From Octopus vulgaris (taxonomy: Eukaryota): a stretch of DNA of 64,000 bases. The notes under the pieces were generated by a model, which did no database searches, was not told the DNA's origin, and saw nothing but the letters and a program-made list of their open reading frames with translations. The stretch spans positions 40,734,001 to 40,798,000 of the forward strand of contig OX597834.1 of the NCBI GenBank assembly GCA_951406725.2, read 5' to 3'. The position numbers were made by a program, and so were the translations under genes. The first letter of the stretch is position 1; every line of letters begins with the position of its first letter. Below are positions 48,847-63,049 of the stretch, piece by piece.

Positions 48847-49055
48847 CCCTTTCGTTACCAACCCGGCTGAAACCGGCTCTGGCTCTTTAGTACAAATGTT
48901 TGGTTTTCAAAAGTTCTGAATTAAAACCTTAGTCACAATTTATGTCCCTAACTCTAGCTTAATGATAACGATGTTATTTTACTTAATTCTTTGTTATATT
49001 TAACATAATTGGAAGAAACACTGAGCATCTCAAAATAAATTCAGTAACGAAAGGG
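48847..49055. mobile_element. piggyBac-like MITE
   Basis: TTAA|CCCTTTCGTTAC ... GTAACGAAAGGG|TTAA. Confidence 0.88.
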
Positions 49056-50458
49056 TTAAAAGTTATTTCAATAATTTATTGAATGTTCATCTTCTAGAGA
49101 TTTAATAAAAAGAGGAGAGAAAGGTGAATGACTTTGAACTTTATCACTTGATTCCTTTAAACCTTTAAATTCTGATGCACATATCTCAGCTCAAACAAAA
49201 CTTTATTTATCAAAATAAACACCATCAGAATCAACACATTTTTACCAATGCAAAACAAGTTTATTTATCCAAATGTTGGCTTTCACAATCAATGAAAATA
49301 TACAGAATGAACATTAAAACATTGATGCTGATGATGATGATGATTCACAAATTATACCATGGACTTCGCATTTATATTATGTTCAAGGCTACACTGACAC
49401 TCGCAAAGTGACATTCAACCTGCCATGGAGGAGTCACACTATAAATATATCATCATCATCATTTAATGTCCACCTTCCAAACTGCCATGGGTTGGATGGT
49501 TTGACAAGAGGCAGACAGGCAGAAGACTGCACCAGACTTCTGTGTCCATTTTGGCATGATCTTTACAGCTGGATGCCCTCCCTAACAACAACCACCTCAC
49601 AGAACGGAATACAAGAAATGATAAATATAAGATCTTATTATCACTTCCCTGAAGACAGATATACACTAAGCTCCAAATCAGAATACATACAATACTTGAA
49701 AGAATGTATATAAATAACATCCATAATATATATAGGATGATAAAGGATAAAGATCCTTCACAAATCATAGACTCATAGGGCTAGTTTCCCAGTTTATGTG
49801 GAGCATATATTCCCCACTGGACAGAACACTGGTCCATCGGAGGATTACTCATTTTTGCCAGCTGAGCGGACTGGAGCAAAGTGGAATGAAGTATTTTGCT
49901 CAAGAACACATTGCATTGCTTGATCGAGGAATTGAAACCTAAATCATACAATCATGAGTCCAACACCTTAACCACTAAGCAACACACCTCCACCAAAATA
50001 TATATAAGGGCTTACATGCACATACATACTACTATGGTATGACAAAAGAACTTTTGCCATGAATCCTGTGTTTATTTCTAACATGATAACTGTAGAGAGA
50101 AGTTGATCCTGATTTAGGACAATACAATTCTCAGTCATTTATTCACAATGTCAAATAAATCAATACAATGCTTTTTTTTTCCCTTTGGAAATATGCTAGA
50201 TGGAATATATATGAGCATTCTGAAATGACTGGTAAGCTGTCTCACCAATGTAGGAATAGTTGAGGGCGTGTGTATGTGTTTGTGTATATAATGAAGTGTT
50301 GGGTGGTTGTTTTCACACCATCATATTTTTTAAAGTACATTTGTAAGATATATCTTATACAAAAACATCCCTTTTCACATTGTTACAGTGGTTTCTTCAG
50401 TATCCATAAATGCATGTGTAGCTCAGTAACTTTTATGAGAAAGGATTTGCCACAAATA

Positions 50459-51814
50459 TCAGTTATATTCTTTCTTCCCTGTATGAATAAATTTGTGTCT
50501 AGTTAAGGAATATCTTTGAGAAAACGATTTGTCACATGTATCACATTGATATGGCTTCTCTCCTGTATGGATACGGTTGTGCTTACTTAAGTTAGCACTT
50601 ACAGAGAATGATTTACCACAGATAACACAACCATATCGTTTCTCTCCTGTATGAATATATCTGTGGTTAGTTAATATAGATCTTAAAGAGAATGATTTAC
50701 CACAGATATCGCAGCCATGCGGTTTTTCTCCTGTATGGATTAGTTTGTGACTGGCCAAGTGAGACCTTTGAGAGACTGATTTACCACAGATATCGCACTG
50801 ATATGGTTTTTCTCCTGTATGAATATGTTTGTGACTAGTTAAGTCAACATTTCGAAAGAATGATTTACCACAGATATCACAGCGATATGGTTTCTCTCCT
50901 GTATGACTACGTTTGTGAGAAGTCAAGTAACTATTTCGCGAGAATGATTTACCACAGATATCACAGTGGTATGGTCTTTCCCCGGTATGAATACGTTTAT
51001 GTGTAGTCAACGTGTTTCCGTGAGTGAATGATTTACCACAGATATTACAGTGATGCAGTCTTTCTCCTGTATGAATAAATTTGTGGGTAGTTAAGTGACC
51101 AGAGGCAGAGAATGATTTTCCACAGATTTCGCAGTGATACGGCTTCTCTCCAGTATGAACACGCTTATGAGTAATTAACTGACTTTTTTGAGAGCATGAT
51201 TTACCACAGACATCACAGCAATATGGTTTTTCACCTGTATGAATACGCTTATGAGTACTTAGCTGACTTGTTTGAGAGAAAGATTTACCACAGATATTAC
51301 AACAATATGGTTTTTCTCCAGTATGAATATGCTTGTGAATAATTAAGGATCCATTTCGAGAGAATGATTTACCACAGATATTACAGTGGTAAGGCTTTTC
51401 TCCTGTGTGAACGCGTTTGTGTGATGTTAACGTACTTCCATGAGAGAATGATTTGCCACAGGTATCACATTGATATGGCTTCTCACCTGTATGGATACGT
51501 TTGTGACTAGTTAAAGTACTACTTTTGCAGAAGGATTCACCACAGATGTCACAGTGATATGGTTTTTTACCTGTATGCATATTTTCATGATTAGTCAGGT
51601 CACTTCTTAGAGAAAACGACTTACCACAGATGTCACAATGATATGGTTTTCCTCTTGTATGAATACGCTTGTGAGTGGTAAGCTTACTTTTTTGAGAGAA
51701 CGTCTTTTTACAGATATCACAGTGGTACAATTTCCTTCCCATCTCACCAGGAAAATCAATCATTTTAGACTGTGTGTTACATTTAAACTGGTTCTTGGAC
51801 AATTCCTTTTCCAT
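50459..51814 (-). CDS. C2H2 zinc-finger protein, 15 fingers (ZNF gene 3)
   Basis: 15 C2H2 fingers; leader MEKELSK..SKMIDFP; acceptor TTTCAG|AATATCAGA at 52038/52037. Confidence 0.94.
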   Translation of the reverse strand: MEKELSKNQFKCNTQSKMIDFPGEMGRKLYHCDICKKTFSQKSKLTTHKRIHTRGKPYHCDICGKSFSLRSDLTNHENMHTGKKPYHCDICGESFCKSSTLTSHKRIHTGEKPYQCDTCGKSFSHGSTLTSHKRVHTGEKPYHCNICGKSFSRNGSLIIHKHIHTGEKPYCCNICGKSFSQTSQLSTHKRIHTGEKPYCCDVCGKSCSQKSQLITHKRVHTGEKPYHCEICGKSFSASGHLTTHKFIHTGERLHHCNICGKSFTHGNTLTTHKRIHTGERPYHCDICGKSFSRNSYLTSHKRSHTGEKPYRCDICGKSFFRNVDLTSHKHIHTGEKPYQCDICGKSVSQRSHLASHKLIHTGEKPHGCDICGKSFSLRSILTNHRYIHTGEKRYGCVICGKSFSVSANLSKHNRIHTGEKPYQCDTCDKSFSQRYSLTRHKFIHTGKKEYN

Positions 51815-52471
51815 TATTTTTCTTCCCTCATCACAATATACAGACAGAGATTTTGTTTCTTCTTGTTTTCATATAGCCTTTCTAGTAAACATTTCTACAT
51901 CATATTTCCATCAGTTGTGATCTTTGCTGACGACAGAAGTTGCTAACTCATTTGTAAATTTTGTTGTGTATAATATCTTTCTTCAGTCTTATATTAGATG
52001 ATATATATATTATTTTATACCAATGTTGTCTGATATTCTGAAATAAAGAAATAGTATAAGATATAGGGAGTACTTATGTAAACATTTTATTACTTTTCTA
52101 TATTAACAATCTCCTGACATAAACATTTACCTCAATGACTGAAATTCACTTTTTAATTCATCAAAATACTATCATATAACCTTGTCTGAAGTCTACATAT
52201 TTGCAGACAACAGATTTTCAGATTCTTTTTACTCTCTTTTACTTGTTTCAGTCATTTGACTGTGGCCATGCTGTAGCACTGCCTTTAAGTCAAGCAAATC
52301 GACCCCAGGACTTATTCTTTGTAAGCCCAGCATTTATTCTATCGGTCTCTTTTGCCGAACTGCTAAGAAAACTGTGGCAACAACAGAAAAGATGCCAGCT
52401 CTGTTCCAGTTGACCTGTGATTGAATGCATTCCAGGCTTGACCATCCCATCAATTATTTTACAGAGAATCA

Positions 52472-52633
52472 CAGGAGTGGCTGCGTGGTAAGTAGCTTGC
52501 TTACCAACCACATGGTTCCAGGTTCAGTCCCACTGCATGGCACCTGGGCAAGTGTCCTCTACTATAGCCTTGGGCCGACCAAAGTCTTGTGAGTGGATTT
52601 GGTAGACGGAAACTGAAAGAAGCCCGTTGTATA

Positions 52634-52682
<49 letters not shown>

Positions 52683-52873
52683 ATATGTTTGTGTATCTGT
52701 GTTTGTCCCCCCACCACACCATCGCTTGACAACCGATGGTTGTGTGATTACGTCCCCGTAACTTAGCGGTTCGGCAAGAGACCGATAGAATAAGTCCAGG
52801 GGTCGATTTGCTCGACTAAAGGCGGTGCTCCAGCATGGCCACAGTCAAATGACTGAAACAAGTAAAAGAGTAA
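52472..52873 (+). mobile_element. tRNA-derived SINE, family A
   Basis: Full-length copy; inverted partial copy at 52225-52365. Confidence 0.85.
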
Positions 52874-53498
52874 GGAAATTTATATAACGACGAACAATGT
52901 AGCTGTTATTTCTAGCATGTTGGGCGACAGCAGTTGACCTTACAGAAGCCTTTCGCTCGTTGTTTCTCTCATCTACAGCCTAATGACGAAAGACCTTCAT
53001 TCAGTCACTTTTATTTTTCGGGTAAAGTAGACTACGTTATCCAATGCATCCTTTTTTAAAAAACGGGTGACAGGGGACATTAAAAACGACACGATGGTTA
53101 CAGCTAAGACGTTTTAAAAAACGAGATGGTCACAGTTGGAACCGTTTTTAAAACACCAGTATGATCACGGCTGAAGCATTATTGAAGACACATTTAGAAA
53201 ACCTATGTTTTTGCCTCCCAGTGCGTCGCACAAATGAAATGGAAATGTTTTTTTATTTGGAGAAATTCTTTTTCAAAATTTGCTTCTCCATTGTGTAGGT
53301 GACGCACCATATGGCATTAGTGTACTCAGGACTACATTATCCGTTTTCTAAATGGGTACAATTAGATAATATAGTTCAGGGTGCGCTATGAGGGAAATTT
53401 TGATATAAAAGAAAAAAAAAACATGAGACAGTCCAGGATAGACCACCTTGAAAGACAAACACTTTTCGTACGTCCTCATATTTACGTATGCAGAAACG

Positions 53499-53872
53499 GG
53501 TACTACATGAGAACAGCGGTCCCGGTGCGCGCACTCGCGCTAGCTAGACGTGACTAGTCGATCCTACAACGACTACCTAGCAAAGTAAATATAAGGTTGT
53601 CCCAAAAGTTCGTAGAAAGTCTTGGAAAATAATGGTCTTTATTTTGAGGAATAATTTTTGTTGTTTTTGTTAGTACTTGGCGAGTAAAAATTCAATTTTC
53701 GCAAGTGTTTACGAACTTTTGGGACAACCTAATAAAATACCAAAATAAATAATTTTTGTTAAACAAAGTAAATAACACACAAAAAAAACACAAAGTAAGG
53801 ATCGACTAGTCACGACTAGCTAGCGCGAGTACGCGAGTGCGCGCACCAGGACCACTGTTCTCAAGTATTACC
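53499..53872. mobile_element. Merlin-type MITE with 8-bp TSD
   Basis: TSD CAGAAACG at 53491-53498 and 53873-53880; ~70-bp TIRs GGTACTACATGAGAACAG.. / ..CTGTTCTCAAGTATTACC. Confidence 0.85.
53592..53732. mobile_element. Mariner-type MITE nested in the Merlin-type MITE
   Basis: TA|TAAGGTTGTCCCAAAAGTTCGTA ... TACGAACTTTTGGGACAACCTAA|TA. Confidence 0.85.
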
Positions 53873-54444
53873 CAGAAACGAACCGGACGTGTTATTTTCC
53901 AATTTCATTCTTTGGAAAATTAATAATAATAATAATAAAAAGTGAATAAAAAATAGAAAAATAAAGAAACAGGGCGATGCCTTCTGGAATAAAGAGGTGG
54001 GACTTTCCTGGTGGTGTGAAAGAGTATAAGCATTAATGTCAAAGAAGAGATATCTCTTAAGTTTGTCGTTTCTCTAAAATTACTGCGGCCTTGAAGATGG
54101 TTATTCTATCATTTAGACACATTACCTGACAGATATATTGAAATCTTCGTCAACTTACCGTTCCAAGATGTTAACAGCGATTTACCATTTCGTGTCTTTT
54201 AGTTTTTTCGAAATGACGTAAATCATTTCAAAGTTAGATTCTATATCCTTAGCCACAGTTTCGATAAACCGGGTGTCCCAGAAAGATTTATCGATGGTTT
54301 AAAAAAATTCTTGAAAATTATTGGATTAAGCAATTATATTTTTTATTGCTTTCAGCAATTCACGCATGTTTCAGCTTTAAGTGTTGTTTATAGTGTTTTT
54401 CTTTTTTTGTTTATAATAATTTTTTTCAGAGAACGATTATATGA

Positions 54445-54814
54445 ATGGAAGCACTCCGTCGGTTACGACGACGAGGGTTCCGGTTGATCCGAATCAACGG
54501 AACAGCCTGCTCGTGAAATTAACGTGTAAGTGGCTGAGCACTCCACAGACACGTGTACCCTTAACGTAGTTCTCAGGGATATTCAGCGTGACACAGAGAG
54601 TGACAAGGACGGCCCTTTGAAATACAGGTACAACAGAAACAGGAAGTAAGAGAGAGAAAGTTGTAGTGAAAGAGTACAGCAGGGATCACCACCATCCCCT
54701 GCCGGAGCCTCGTGGAGCTTTAGGTGTTTTCGCTCAATAAACACTCACAACGCCCGGTCTGGGAATCGAAACCGCGAGTCCGCTGCCCTAACCACTGGGC
54801 CATTGCTCCTCCAC
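54445..54814 (-). mobile_element. tRNA-derived SINE, family C
   Basis: Match to 16882-17240; flanking direct repeat AACGATTATA. Confidence 0.85.
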
Positions 54815-55108
54815 AAGATAACGATTATAACTGGCAAGGTGAACGGCAGACGTAAAAGAGGCAGACCACCCAGTTCTTGGCTGAAAGATTGTCTTTATTC
54901 TCAGCTGTCCATGGGGCAGAGGACAGGAGAAGGTAGCAAGACATCGGGATGACCACAGCATCACTTAGTGTGACACCTGACTAGGACGATGATGATGACA
55001 TATTCAAATGGCTTTCCTCCAGAAATCACACGAACCATCTTTCTGGTGAATCTTTAACAGAACAGAATTAGCATAGCTGTCTCAGTGTTCTTTAACATTT
55101 TGGCATTA

Positions 55109-55305
55109 GTTTGAACTTGTAAACAAGCCTTTCACTGTGTTTTCTTAAGGAGAAAATCTCTCACTGTAGACAAATCGTGTAAATACCCCTAAATCATGTC
55201 TGTAGTGAGAAATTTTCTGATTTAGGTGTTATTTACACCATTTGCCCACAGTGAGAAATTTTTCCCATGACAAAACACAGCAAAAGGCCTATTTATGAGT
55301 TCAAA
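55109..55305. mobile_element. Degenerate palindromic MITE
   Basis: TTTGAACTTGTAAACAAGCCTTT..GTGTAAATA mirrored by TATTTACAC..AAAGGCCTATTTATGAGTTCAAA. Confidence 0.6.
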
Positions 55306-55508
55306 CATGAAACTAGCATATTTGAACTGATAATAACCTTGCATTTATATACATCACGACTTAACGCTCCCACCTAAGTATCATTCTTATTTCGATGATA
55401 AAGGTAGAAATAGTTGTTGAAATGAGCAAAGCAGAAGCATATTATGGAGTAAACCAAGGTTAAATGAAAGGCTTTTGTGGAAGAAATGCAACTTTTGATA
55501 ATCTAGAT

Positions 55509-55756
55509 CAGTAATTCTCAACCTTGTTTGCTTATGGATCCTTTGGATTCCTGTTTTACACTATTGGACTTCCATTGCCTTTCATTATATATAAAGAAAA
55601 TCCTATTGTATTTTTATAATGAAATATTATTAGGAATTGTATAAAAAAAATTGTTAAAATATTTTATATTTTGTAGAAATATAATCATTTTATTAACAGC
55701 AAAATCTTATATACAGACCCCCAAGGGCCATATGGACTTTGACTGAGAACCACTAC
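55509..55756. mobile_element. hAT (Charlie-like) non-autonomous element
   Basis: CAGTAATTCTCAACC ... CTGAGAACCACTAC ends; TAGAT flanks. Confidence 0.55.
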
Positions 55757-56319
55757 TTTAGATCTAAAGCAATATTCAAGTGGGGAATTGGCCTGGAAAA
55801 ATACAGTCCTTCACATCTGTTCACAGCATATGAAAACAGAATGGCACATCAAAAGAGTCTTTGCTCAGCACATCAATAAACACAATGGAAGTGTAATCTG
55901 ATCTGTTAAGCAGAGATAACAGTTGTAGTGTAATGATTTATGTGTAGTAAGGAAAAGATCAAGCAGATACTAACATTTGGAACACGAGTTAGAGAATCAA
56001 CAATATTGGTTAATTTGTATGCCTCAGAAATCTCAACAGAGTCTGTCACGAATGTCAGTTTTGTTGGAATATATCCTGTGTTTATGGCAGATGCTGAAAT
56101 CTCTACATATAGATAACTATTTTGTCACCTCCCATGCAATTCAATCACTAGTTGCACAGTAATCATCCAGAAGCTGATGAGTGAATATAAAAACTGTGCT
56201 GGTGGAACACTAAGAGAACCATACAAGTGAGATCGGGGCCAGAGCAACAAGCTGGGCTCTGAGCCGATGTCACGTTAAAAACACCATTCGATGTGATAGT
56301 TACCTGTGCCGCCTTACTA

Positions 56320-56627
56320 GCACTTGTGCTGTCGAGCGAGGTCATTGCCAGTGCCACTGGACTGGTTCCTGTGCAGGTGGCACATAAAAAGCACCATTTG
56401 AGCGTGACTGTTGCCAGTACCGCCTGACTGGCCCTCGTGCCAGTGGCATGTAAAAGCACCCACTACACTCTCAGAGTGGTTGGCATTAGGAAGGGCATCC
56501 AGTTGTAGAAACTCTGCCAGATCCGATTGGCGTCTGGTGAAGCCATCTGGTTCGCCAGACCTCAGTCAAATCATCCAACCCATGCTAGCATGGAAAGCGG
56601 ACGTTAAACGATGATGATGATGATGAT
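56320..56627 (+). mobile_element. SINE-like element, family D
   Basis: Subrepeats, core and (GAT)n tail. Confidence 0.7.
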
Positions 56628-56897
56628 GGTATGTAGAAAGACATGAATGGCCAATCAGGATCTTTTACTGTCTTTGTCATTTAACGTCCTCTTTTCTATG
56701 CTTGCATGGGTCAGATGGAATTTTCTGAGGCAGATTTTTGAAGGCTAGATGCCCTTCTTGTGACTTACCCTCATCTGTTTCCAAGCAAGATAATGTAGTC
56801 AGACATAATTTTCAAGGGAAACTGGAAATGAATAACATTACTTATTTACAGTCATATGAAGAAAAGGGTACATACAAACGCACATTTTTCATCTCTT

Positions 56898-56929
<32 letters not shown>

Positions 56930-58210
56930 CACACACACTGTCGTATATATGTATGTGTGTATATATGTTTGTGTGTCTGTGTTTGTCCCGCCAACATCGC
57001 TTGACAACCGATGCTGGTGTGTTTACGTCCCCGTAACTTAGCAGTTCAGCAAAACAGACCGATAAAATAAGTACTAGGCTTACAAAGAATAAGTGCTGCG
57101 GTTGATTTGCTCGACTAAAGCTGGTGCTCCAGCATGGCCACAGTCAAATAACTGAAACAAGAGTGTGTATATTTGAAGCTATAAGGTGTTACTCAAGCAC
57201 TCAACTAAGAGTGCACTGCATTTTATAGCAGAAACGGCTGTAAGCTAATGAAGTCCATATGATAATTATTCCTTTGTCATCACATTTCCTTTTAAAATCA
57301 TCATTATTTGCCCCTTGCCAAGTCTACTGCTATTGCTTTCCCTACACTAAGACTCTTTCATTACCCCATCAGACACTTAGCTGTCAACTTTATTTCTACC
57401 ATTCACCCTTTATTGTTTGTGCCATTCGTTTATACGGGACTCACCAATTTTCCCCCCTTTTACCACCATCTTCATCATTCAACCACTCTGGTTCATCTCA
57501 AATTGATTTCAAATTTTGGCACAAAGCCAGCAGTTTTGGGGCAGTGGGTAAATCAATTACATCGACCCCAGTGCTCAGGTGGTACTTAGATTATCAACCA
57601 CCAAAAGGATGAAATGCAAAGTTGATCTCAGTGGAATTTAAACTCAGAAGAATGTGAAGACAGAACGAAATACTCAGCCACATTCCACCTAGCATGCTAA
57701 CTATTTGGCCAGCCTGCTCTCTCACTTTGTATACTCTTTTACTTGTTTCAGTCATTTGACTGCGGCCATGCTGGAGCACCGCCTTCAGTCGAGCAACTCA
57801 ACCCTGGGACTTATTTTTTTTGTAAGCCCAGGACTTATTCTATCGATCTCTTTTTGCCGGAACCATGTGGTTGGTTAGCAAGCTACTTACCACAGAGCCA
57901 CTCTTTTCAAATTTTGGCACAAGGCTAACAATTTCAGGGGAACGGACAAGTCAATTACATCAACCTCAACGCACAACTGGTACTGATTTTATCAACCTCA
58001 AGAGGATGAAAAGCAAATTTAACCTTGGCAGGATTTGAACTCAGAACATGAAGACGGATAAACTGTCACTAAACATTTTACCCAGAACGCTAACAATTCT
58101 GCCAGCTTGCTTTCCTAGTTTGCATATATATTAAAATGAAGGTTACATTGAAACATAAAAAAAATTAATATTTGGCTTATTAATCAAGTCATGAAGGAAT
58201 CATTATCATA

Positions 58211-58605
58211 TCTTTATATATAAAAGTGAGGTTGTGTGCTGTCTGTCTCCTACGATTTAGATTCCTAACTACTCCCACATTTTGCAGTGCAGTTTAACCA
58301 AAACCGGGTATCTTATAGTCGTGATTCACATCGAGCCCTTCTGGGTATTAGCACATGTCTACGATGAGTTTACGATTTAAAAAAAAATTTACCATCAATT
58401 TTTTCCATTTTTAATGCATTTTTGGCATATATAAGGGAAGTAACTCTCTAAAAATTTATTATCAAATCTCAGAACGTAAAAAGCTACAGTAACCCCCCCC
58501 CTTTGTGGTTAGCCATATTGAGATGCTATTATACTTAACATCTCTAAAAATGCTTATATAGTTATTTCCCTTACAAACCCGAGCAACGCCGGGCGATACT
58601 GCCAG
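58211..58605 (+). mobile_element. Non-autonomous Helitron
   Basis: 5' TCTTTATATATAAAAG; 3' end AAACCCGAGCAACGCCGGGCGATACTGCCAG matches the 13840-14231 element while the interior differs. Confidence 0.8.
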
Positions 58606-59116
58606 TAAATGATAAAATAACATAAATCAAGAAGAGAATCGTTTCCTTGATGGGTTATTTACTAAATAGATTTTACAGCAAAAATAATGTACATAAAATC
58701 CAGAATATACCATAATCATATTTACATATATGATTATGGTATATTGTTTATTACATATATGATTATGGTATATTGAAGTACTTTTGCATGGTTTGTGCAT
58801 TGATAACAGTTGCAATAATGGTTTATTAGAAAATATCTTTCAGCAATTTACCAACAATGTCAAATGAATGGTCAGCATTTTCTCTCCCACTTCTGGAAAT
58901 GTGTTACATGAAATATATACGAGAATTCTGAGTGAATGCATCTATTAAAAGAAGTTGCAGTGCTAAATCATCTCACCAATGAAGATGTAGCTGTGAATGG
59001 CATCCCAACGATAGGCTGTGCCAGTCACATGATGAGGAATATGATTTTAGGAGGTTGTTATCACATTGTTATATTTTCGTAACTATGTAAATACATTTAT
59101 GATCTTAACAGATACA

Positions 59117-59260
59117 AGCGGGGTGCTGAGAAGTTCCTGGTTTTGAGTAAAAGAAAATACAGAAGGATCAGTTAATTATGATTTTATTCAACATATTCCC
59201 CTCTCAGATTCACACACTTTTTGCAGTGGTCCTTCAGTTTTTCTAAGTCCTGTAAAAGAA
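59117..59260 (-). mobile_element. Mariner 3'-end fragment
   Basis: Reverse strand encodes LEKLKDHCKKCVNLRGEYVE*, a typical mariner transposase C-terminus, followed by a TIR-like end. Confidence 0.6.
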
Positions 59261-59591
59261 CTCGGAAGGTTGGTCTTCTAGCCAGGCCCTTTGTGATACC
59301 CTTAAAGCCATGAACTTTCCAGCACCACCTCGTATATATATTACACCAGGACACGTCAAAACAGAAACTGACCACACAAAATTCAAGAAGTCTTTGGACA
59401 AATTTCTTTAAACAGTCCCGGACAAACCACCCACACCCGGATATGTCTCCGCAAACAATAACTCTCTGCTCGAATGGGCCTTGGTGCCCAAATCCTGAAT
59501 TGAAAGACTTCACCAGGTGGTGCTATTAAGTTAGACATGGCCTGGGCCAATACTTGCCAAAACCTTTCTAAGTTACATATATATATACATA

Positions 59592-59633
<42 letters not shown>

Positions 59634-59746
59634 CATACACACATATATATATTTGAATAACTTGCTATACTGATAGTTATTTTTGTAAAGACTACTTAGG
59701 TGTGTAGTTTCACGATTTTTTTAAAGAGAATTATTTTCCAAGAATA

Positions 59747-60694
59747 TCAGTCATATGGCTTCTCTTCTGTATGTACATACTTGTGTCTCGTTAAGTTACC
59801 AGTGAGAGAGAATGATTTGCCACAGACATCACAGAGATATGGCTTCTCTCCTGTATGAGTGCGTTTGTGTTTAATTACATGATGATTCTGAGTGAATGTT
59901 TTCCCACAGATATCACAGTGATATGGCTTCTCTCCCGTATGAATGCGTATGTGAGTAACCAATTCACTATTTCGAGAGAATGCTTTATCACAGATGTCGC
60001 AGTCAAAAGGTTTCTCTCCTGTATGAATGCGTACATGAGAAGTTAATTCACCATTTCTAGAAAAGGATTTACCACAAATATCACATTCATACGGCTTCTC
60101 TCGTGTGTGAATATGTCTATGTTTAGTTAAGTCACAATTTCCAGAGAAAGATTTACCACAGATGTCACAACAATAAGGTTTTTCCCCAGTATGAATGCGT
60201 ATATGAGCGGTTAAGTTACTACTTTCAGAAAATGATTTATCACAGATGTCACAGTGATATGGCTTTTCTCCAGTATGAATGCGTTTGTGTTTAGTTAAAT
60301 TACAATTCTGTGAGAATGATTTACCACAGATATTACAGTGATATGGCTTCTCTCCTGTATGAATGCGTTTGTGTTTAGTTAAGACCCACATCTGAGAGAA
60401 GGATTTATCACAAATATTGCAGTAATATGGTTTCTCTCCTGTATGGATCCGTTTGTGTTTAGTCAAGACCCCACTTTGAGTGAAGGATTTACCACAGATG
60501 TCACAGTTATATGGTTTCTCTCCTGTGTGAATACGTTTGTGAGTAGTTAGGTTACCATTTTGAGAAAATGACTTTTTACAGATATCACAGTGGAATAATG
60601 TTTTTCCGATCTCTTTGAATGTCTCATCAGGAAAATCAATCTTTTTAGATCCTGTTTTATATTTCACCTTTTTCTCATTTATTTCGTTTGCCAT
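59747..60694 (-). CDS. C2H2 zinc-finger protein, 10 fingers (ZNF gene 4)
   Basis: 10 C2H2 fingers; leader [24 protein letters not shown]; acceptor TTTCAG|AATATCAAA at 61054/61053. Confidence 0.94.
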   Translation of the reverse strand: MANEINEKKVKYKTGSKKIDFPDETFKEIGKTLFHCDICKKSFSQNGNLTTHKRIHTGEKPYNCDICGKSFTQSGVLTKHKRIHTGEKPYYCNICDKSFSQMWVLTKHKRIHTGEKPYHCNICGKSFSQNCNLTKHKRIHTGEKPYHCDICDKSFSESSNLTAHIRIHTGEKPYCCDICGKSFSGNCDLTKHRHIHTREKPYECDICGKSFSRNGELTSHVRIHTGEKPFDCDICDKAFSRNSELVTHIRIHTGEKPYHCDICGKTFTQNHHVIKHKRTHTGEKPYLCDVCGKSFSLTGNLTRHKYVHTEEKPYD

Positions 60695-62045
60695 AATTTT
60701 TCTTCTCTCACCACAATATACAGATGATATTCTCTTTTACTTCTTTTATATTTTTCGTTCCAAAAAATATTCTTATGACTATATTTCCATTGTCTATGAT
60801 CCTTGTTTATACCTGAAGGTTTTATAAGTTTGTCCAAAGAATGTAAAATCATCTTGTACATATTCCAGACAATGAAGCCGAAGCCCCTTGCAAATAATCT
60901 CACTTGGTGGAAATATTTTTTTAGGAACTCTACTCCTGATTTATATAAGCAGGGTTACATATCTTCTGCATAATCTCCCTTCGGTGTTTCAAAGACGATA
61001 AACATTGATAATGCATCTCGAAAATGATTTTTATGCCAATTACATTTGATATTCTGAAATAAAAGCGAAATAATAAAGATATAGAGAATACTTAAAAAGT
61101 AGGAATTTAATAGTAGAAATTTTGCTACATTTCTATATTGACAGACTTGAGAAAAACTGTAACAACTGGATTTTAGTTTTCTTAATTTACTAAAATTATA
61201 TCAATCAAACTCGTGTGAAATTTACGTATTCACAGACAGCACCTTCAGATTGAGCAATATTATAAATGTCAAACTACAGAATGGTACATAATAATATTCT
61301 TTCCTCGAGATTTCTTATTATCCAGTTGTTGGCTGTCTCTAAATCAATCCTCACTGAGCAGATAAACAATCAACAATATTCCAGCAATGACCAACCATAG
61401 TCCCTTCAGGCACTACATACCTCGAATTATATTATTCGATATACGCCTCCATTTCATGACGAGAGAGTCAAGTTTCACGGAAACTTGGTTGCGTTTTCTA
61501 GCAGGTCTGAACACCCCGAGTAGTTTATTATTACTTTGAAATTATCGTTTATGAAATGTTGTAGCTTCTTTATGTGCAGCTACTTTAGGGACACGAAGAG
61601 GTGAGGTGTGAAAGTGAAATATACTTCCCCAAAGAGGAAAATATTATAAGTAAAGCCGAAACAGATTGCATGGAATGAAGAAAGCAATATCGACCTTCGA
61701 CTAATTTTGGATCTTTTCTGAACCAATTTAAAAACAAAATCTACAAAGATGTAGTTCTGATTGTTAATTACGAAAATCTCTTTCTTTTCATACTTATGGG
61801 TTTGATCAAATAAGTAAAGGTGTGATCCTCGTGTCAGTGCTTGAAATTTCGTTTATATACTCAGATAATAAAATTCGATCAAATGTTTACAGTCGACACA
61901 ACCTGTTTTTGATTTAAATAAAATGGAATTTATTTTCGATCCATGGTTCTCAAAAATAACAGATCAGAATTCCAGTTCGATAGTAGATCCTGTGTGTAAA
62001 TATCAACACGACAAGATACCTTTCTTCTAATGTTATTTACATGCG

Positions 62046-62235
62046 TAGCCGTATTTCGTCTGCCGTTACGTTCTGAGTTCGAATTCCGCCGAGGTCGACT
62101 TTGCCTTTCATCATTTCGGAGTCGATAAACTATGTACCAGTTACGCACTGGGGTCGATATAATCGACTTAATCCGTTTGTCTGTCCTTGTTTGTCCCCTC
62201 TATGCTTAGTCCCTCGTGTGCAATAAAGAAATAGG
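62046..62235 (+). mobile_element. SINE family B
   Basis: GTTCTGAGTTCGAATTCCGCCGAGGTCGACTTTGCCTTTCATC.. to AAAGAAATAG tail. Confidence 0.75.
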
Positions 62236-62779
62236 TATATTTACAGGTTCACTTTCGTTTAATTACTTCATCCTCCAAAAGAAACAATTCCGATTTACAC
62301 AATTACAACCTTAGAGAGCAAATCTTCATCAACTTACCGAGTTGAGATGTAAACAGTGAACTAGTTAGTGTTTTACCCTTTTACCAAACCATCACCTCGT
62401 TAAATTGAGATTTTCAGAGGTTTTAATTAATAACTTTTAACTCTTTGACATCAACGTTTCAAGATTTTCAGATTTATTTCTTGTTGGTATGAAACAGTGA
62501 AGCTGCTATTTTCATCTTCAGCCGCAGTTTCGCCTAAGAAATAATATGCGGGTGTGTAAAATACTAATTATCTCAAACAGTGCCCCTCGACTGGTTTTTG
62601 CATCAATTTCGCGAAATACAATTTTTTCACGGACCAGGAGATCATGCAGAAAATAAAACACAATAACTACATATCTACAAAAATGTGCTTCAACCGATTT
62701 TGTTTCCTCATAACTTTCAGAAAAATTTATATTTTTTTATGAAATTTTCTACAAATGCTTTTCAGATGGTTTAGAATAC

Positions 62780-63049
62780 GGATCTTTACCTTTTGAGCTA
62801 CAGATTTAAAAAATAATTTTTTATAACTAAACACTTTCAAACTTCGGACACTGGTAGAATGTCTCATATAAAACATCTTTTACTCTTCGCATACTTTAAC
62901 GTGAAATTATTTCGTAAATATAAGTTTTTCTCAAAAATGCCAAGAGTAAAAGATGTTTTATATGACACATTCAACCAGTATACGAAGTTTGAAAAGGCTT
63001 AGTTACAAAAAATTATTTTTTAAATCTGTCGGTCAAAAGGTAAAAATCC
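62780..63049. mobile_element. Merlin-type MITE with 8-bp TSD and ~105-bp TIRs
   Basis: TSD TAGAATAC at 62772-62779 and 63050-63057; GG..CC termini; long inverted arms; nested in an older repeat. Confidence 0.85.
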
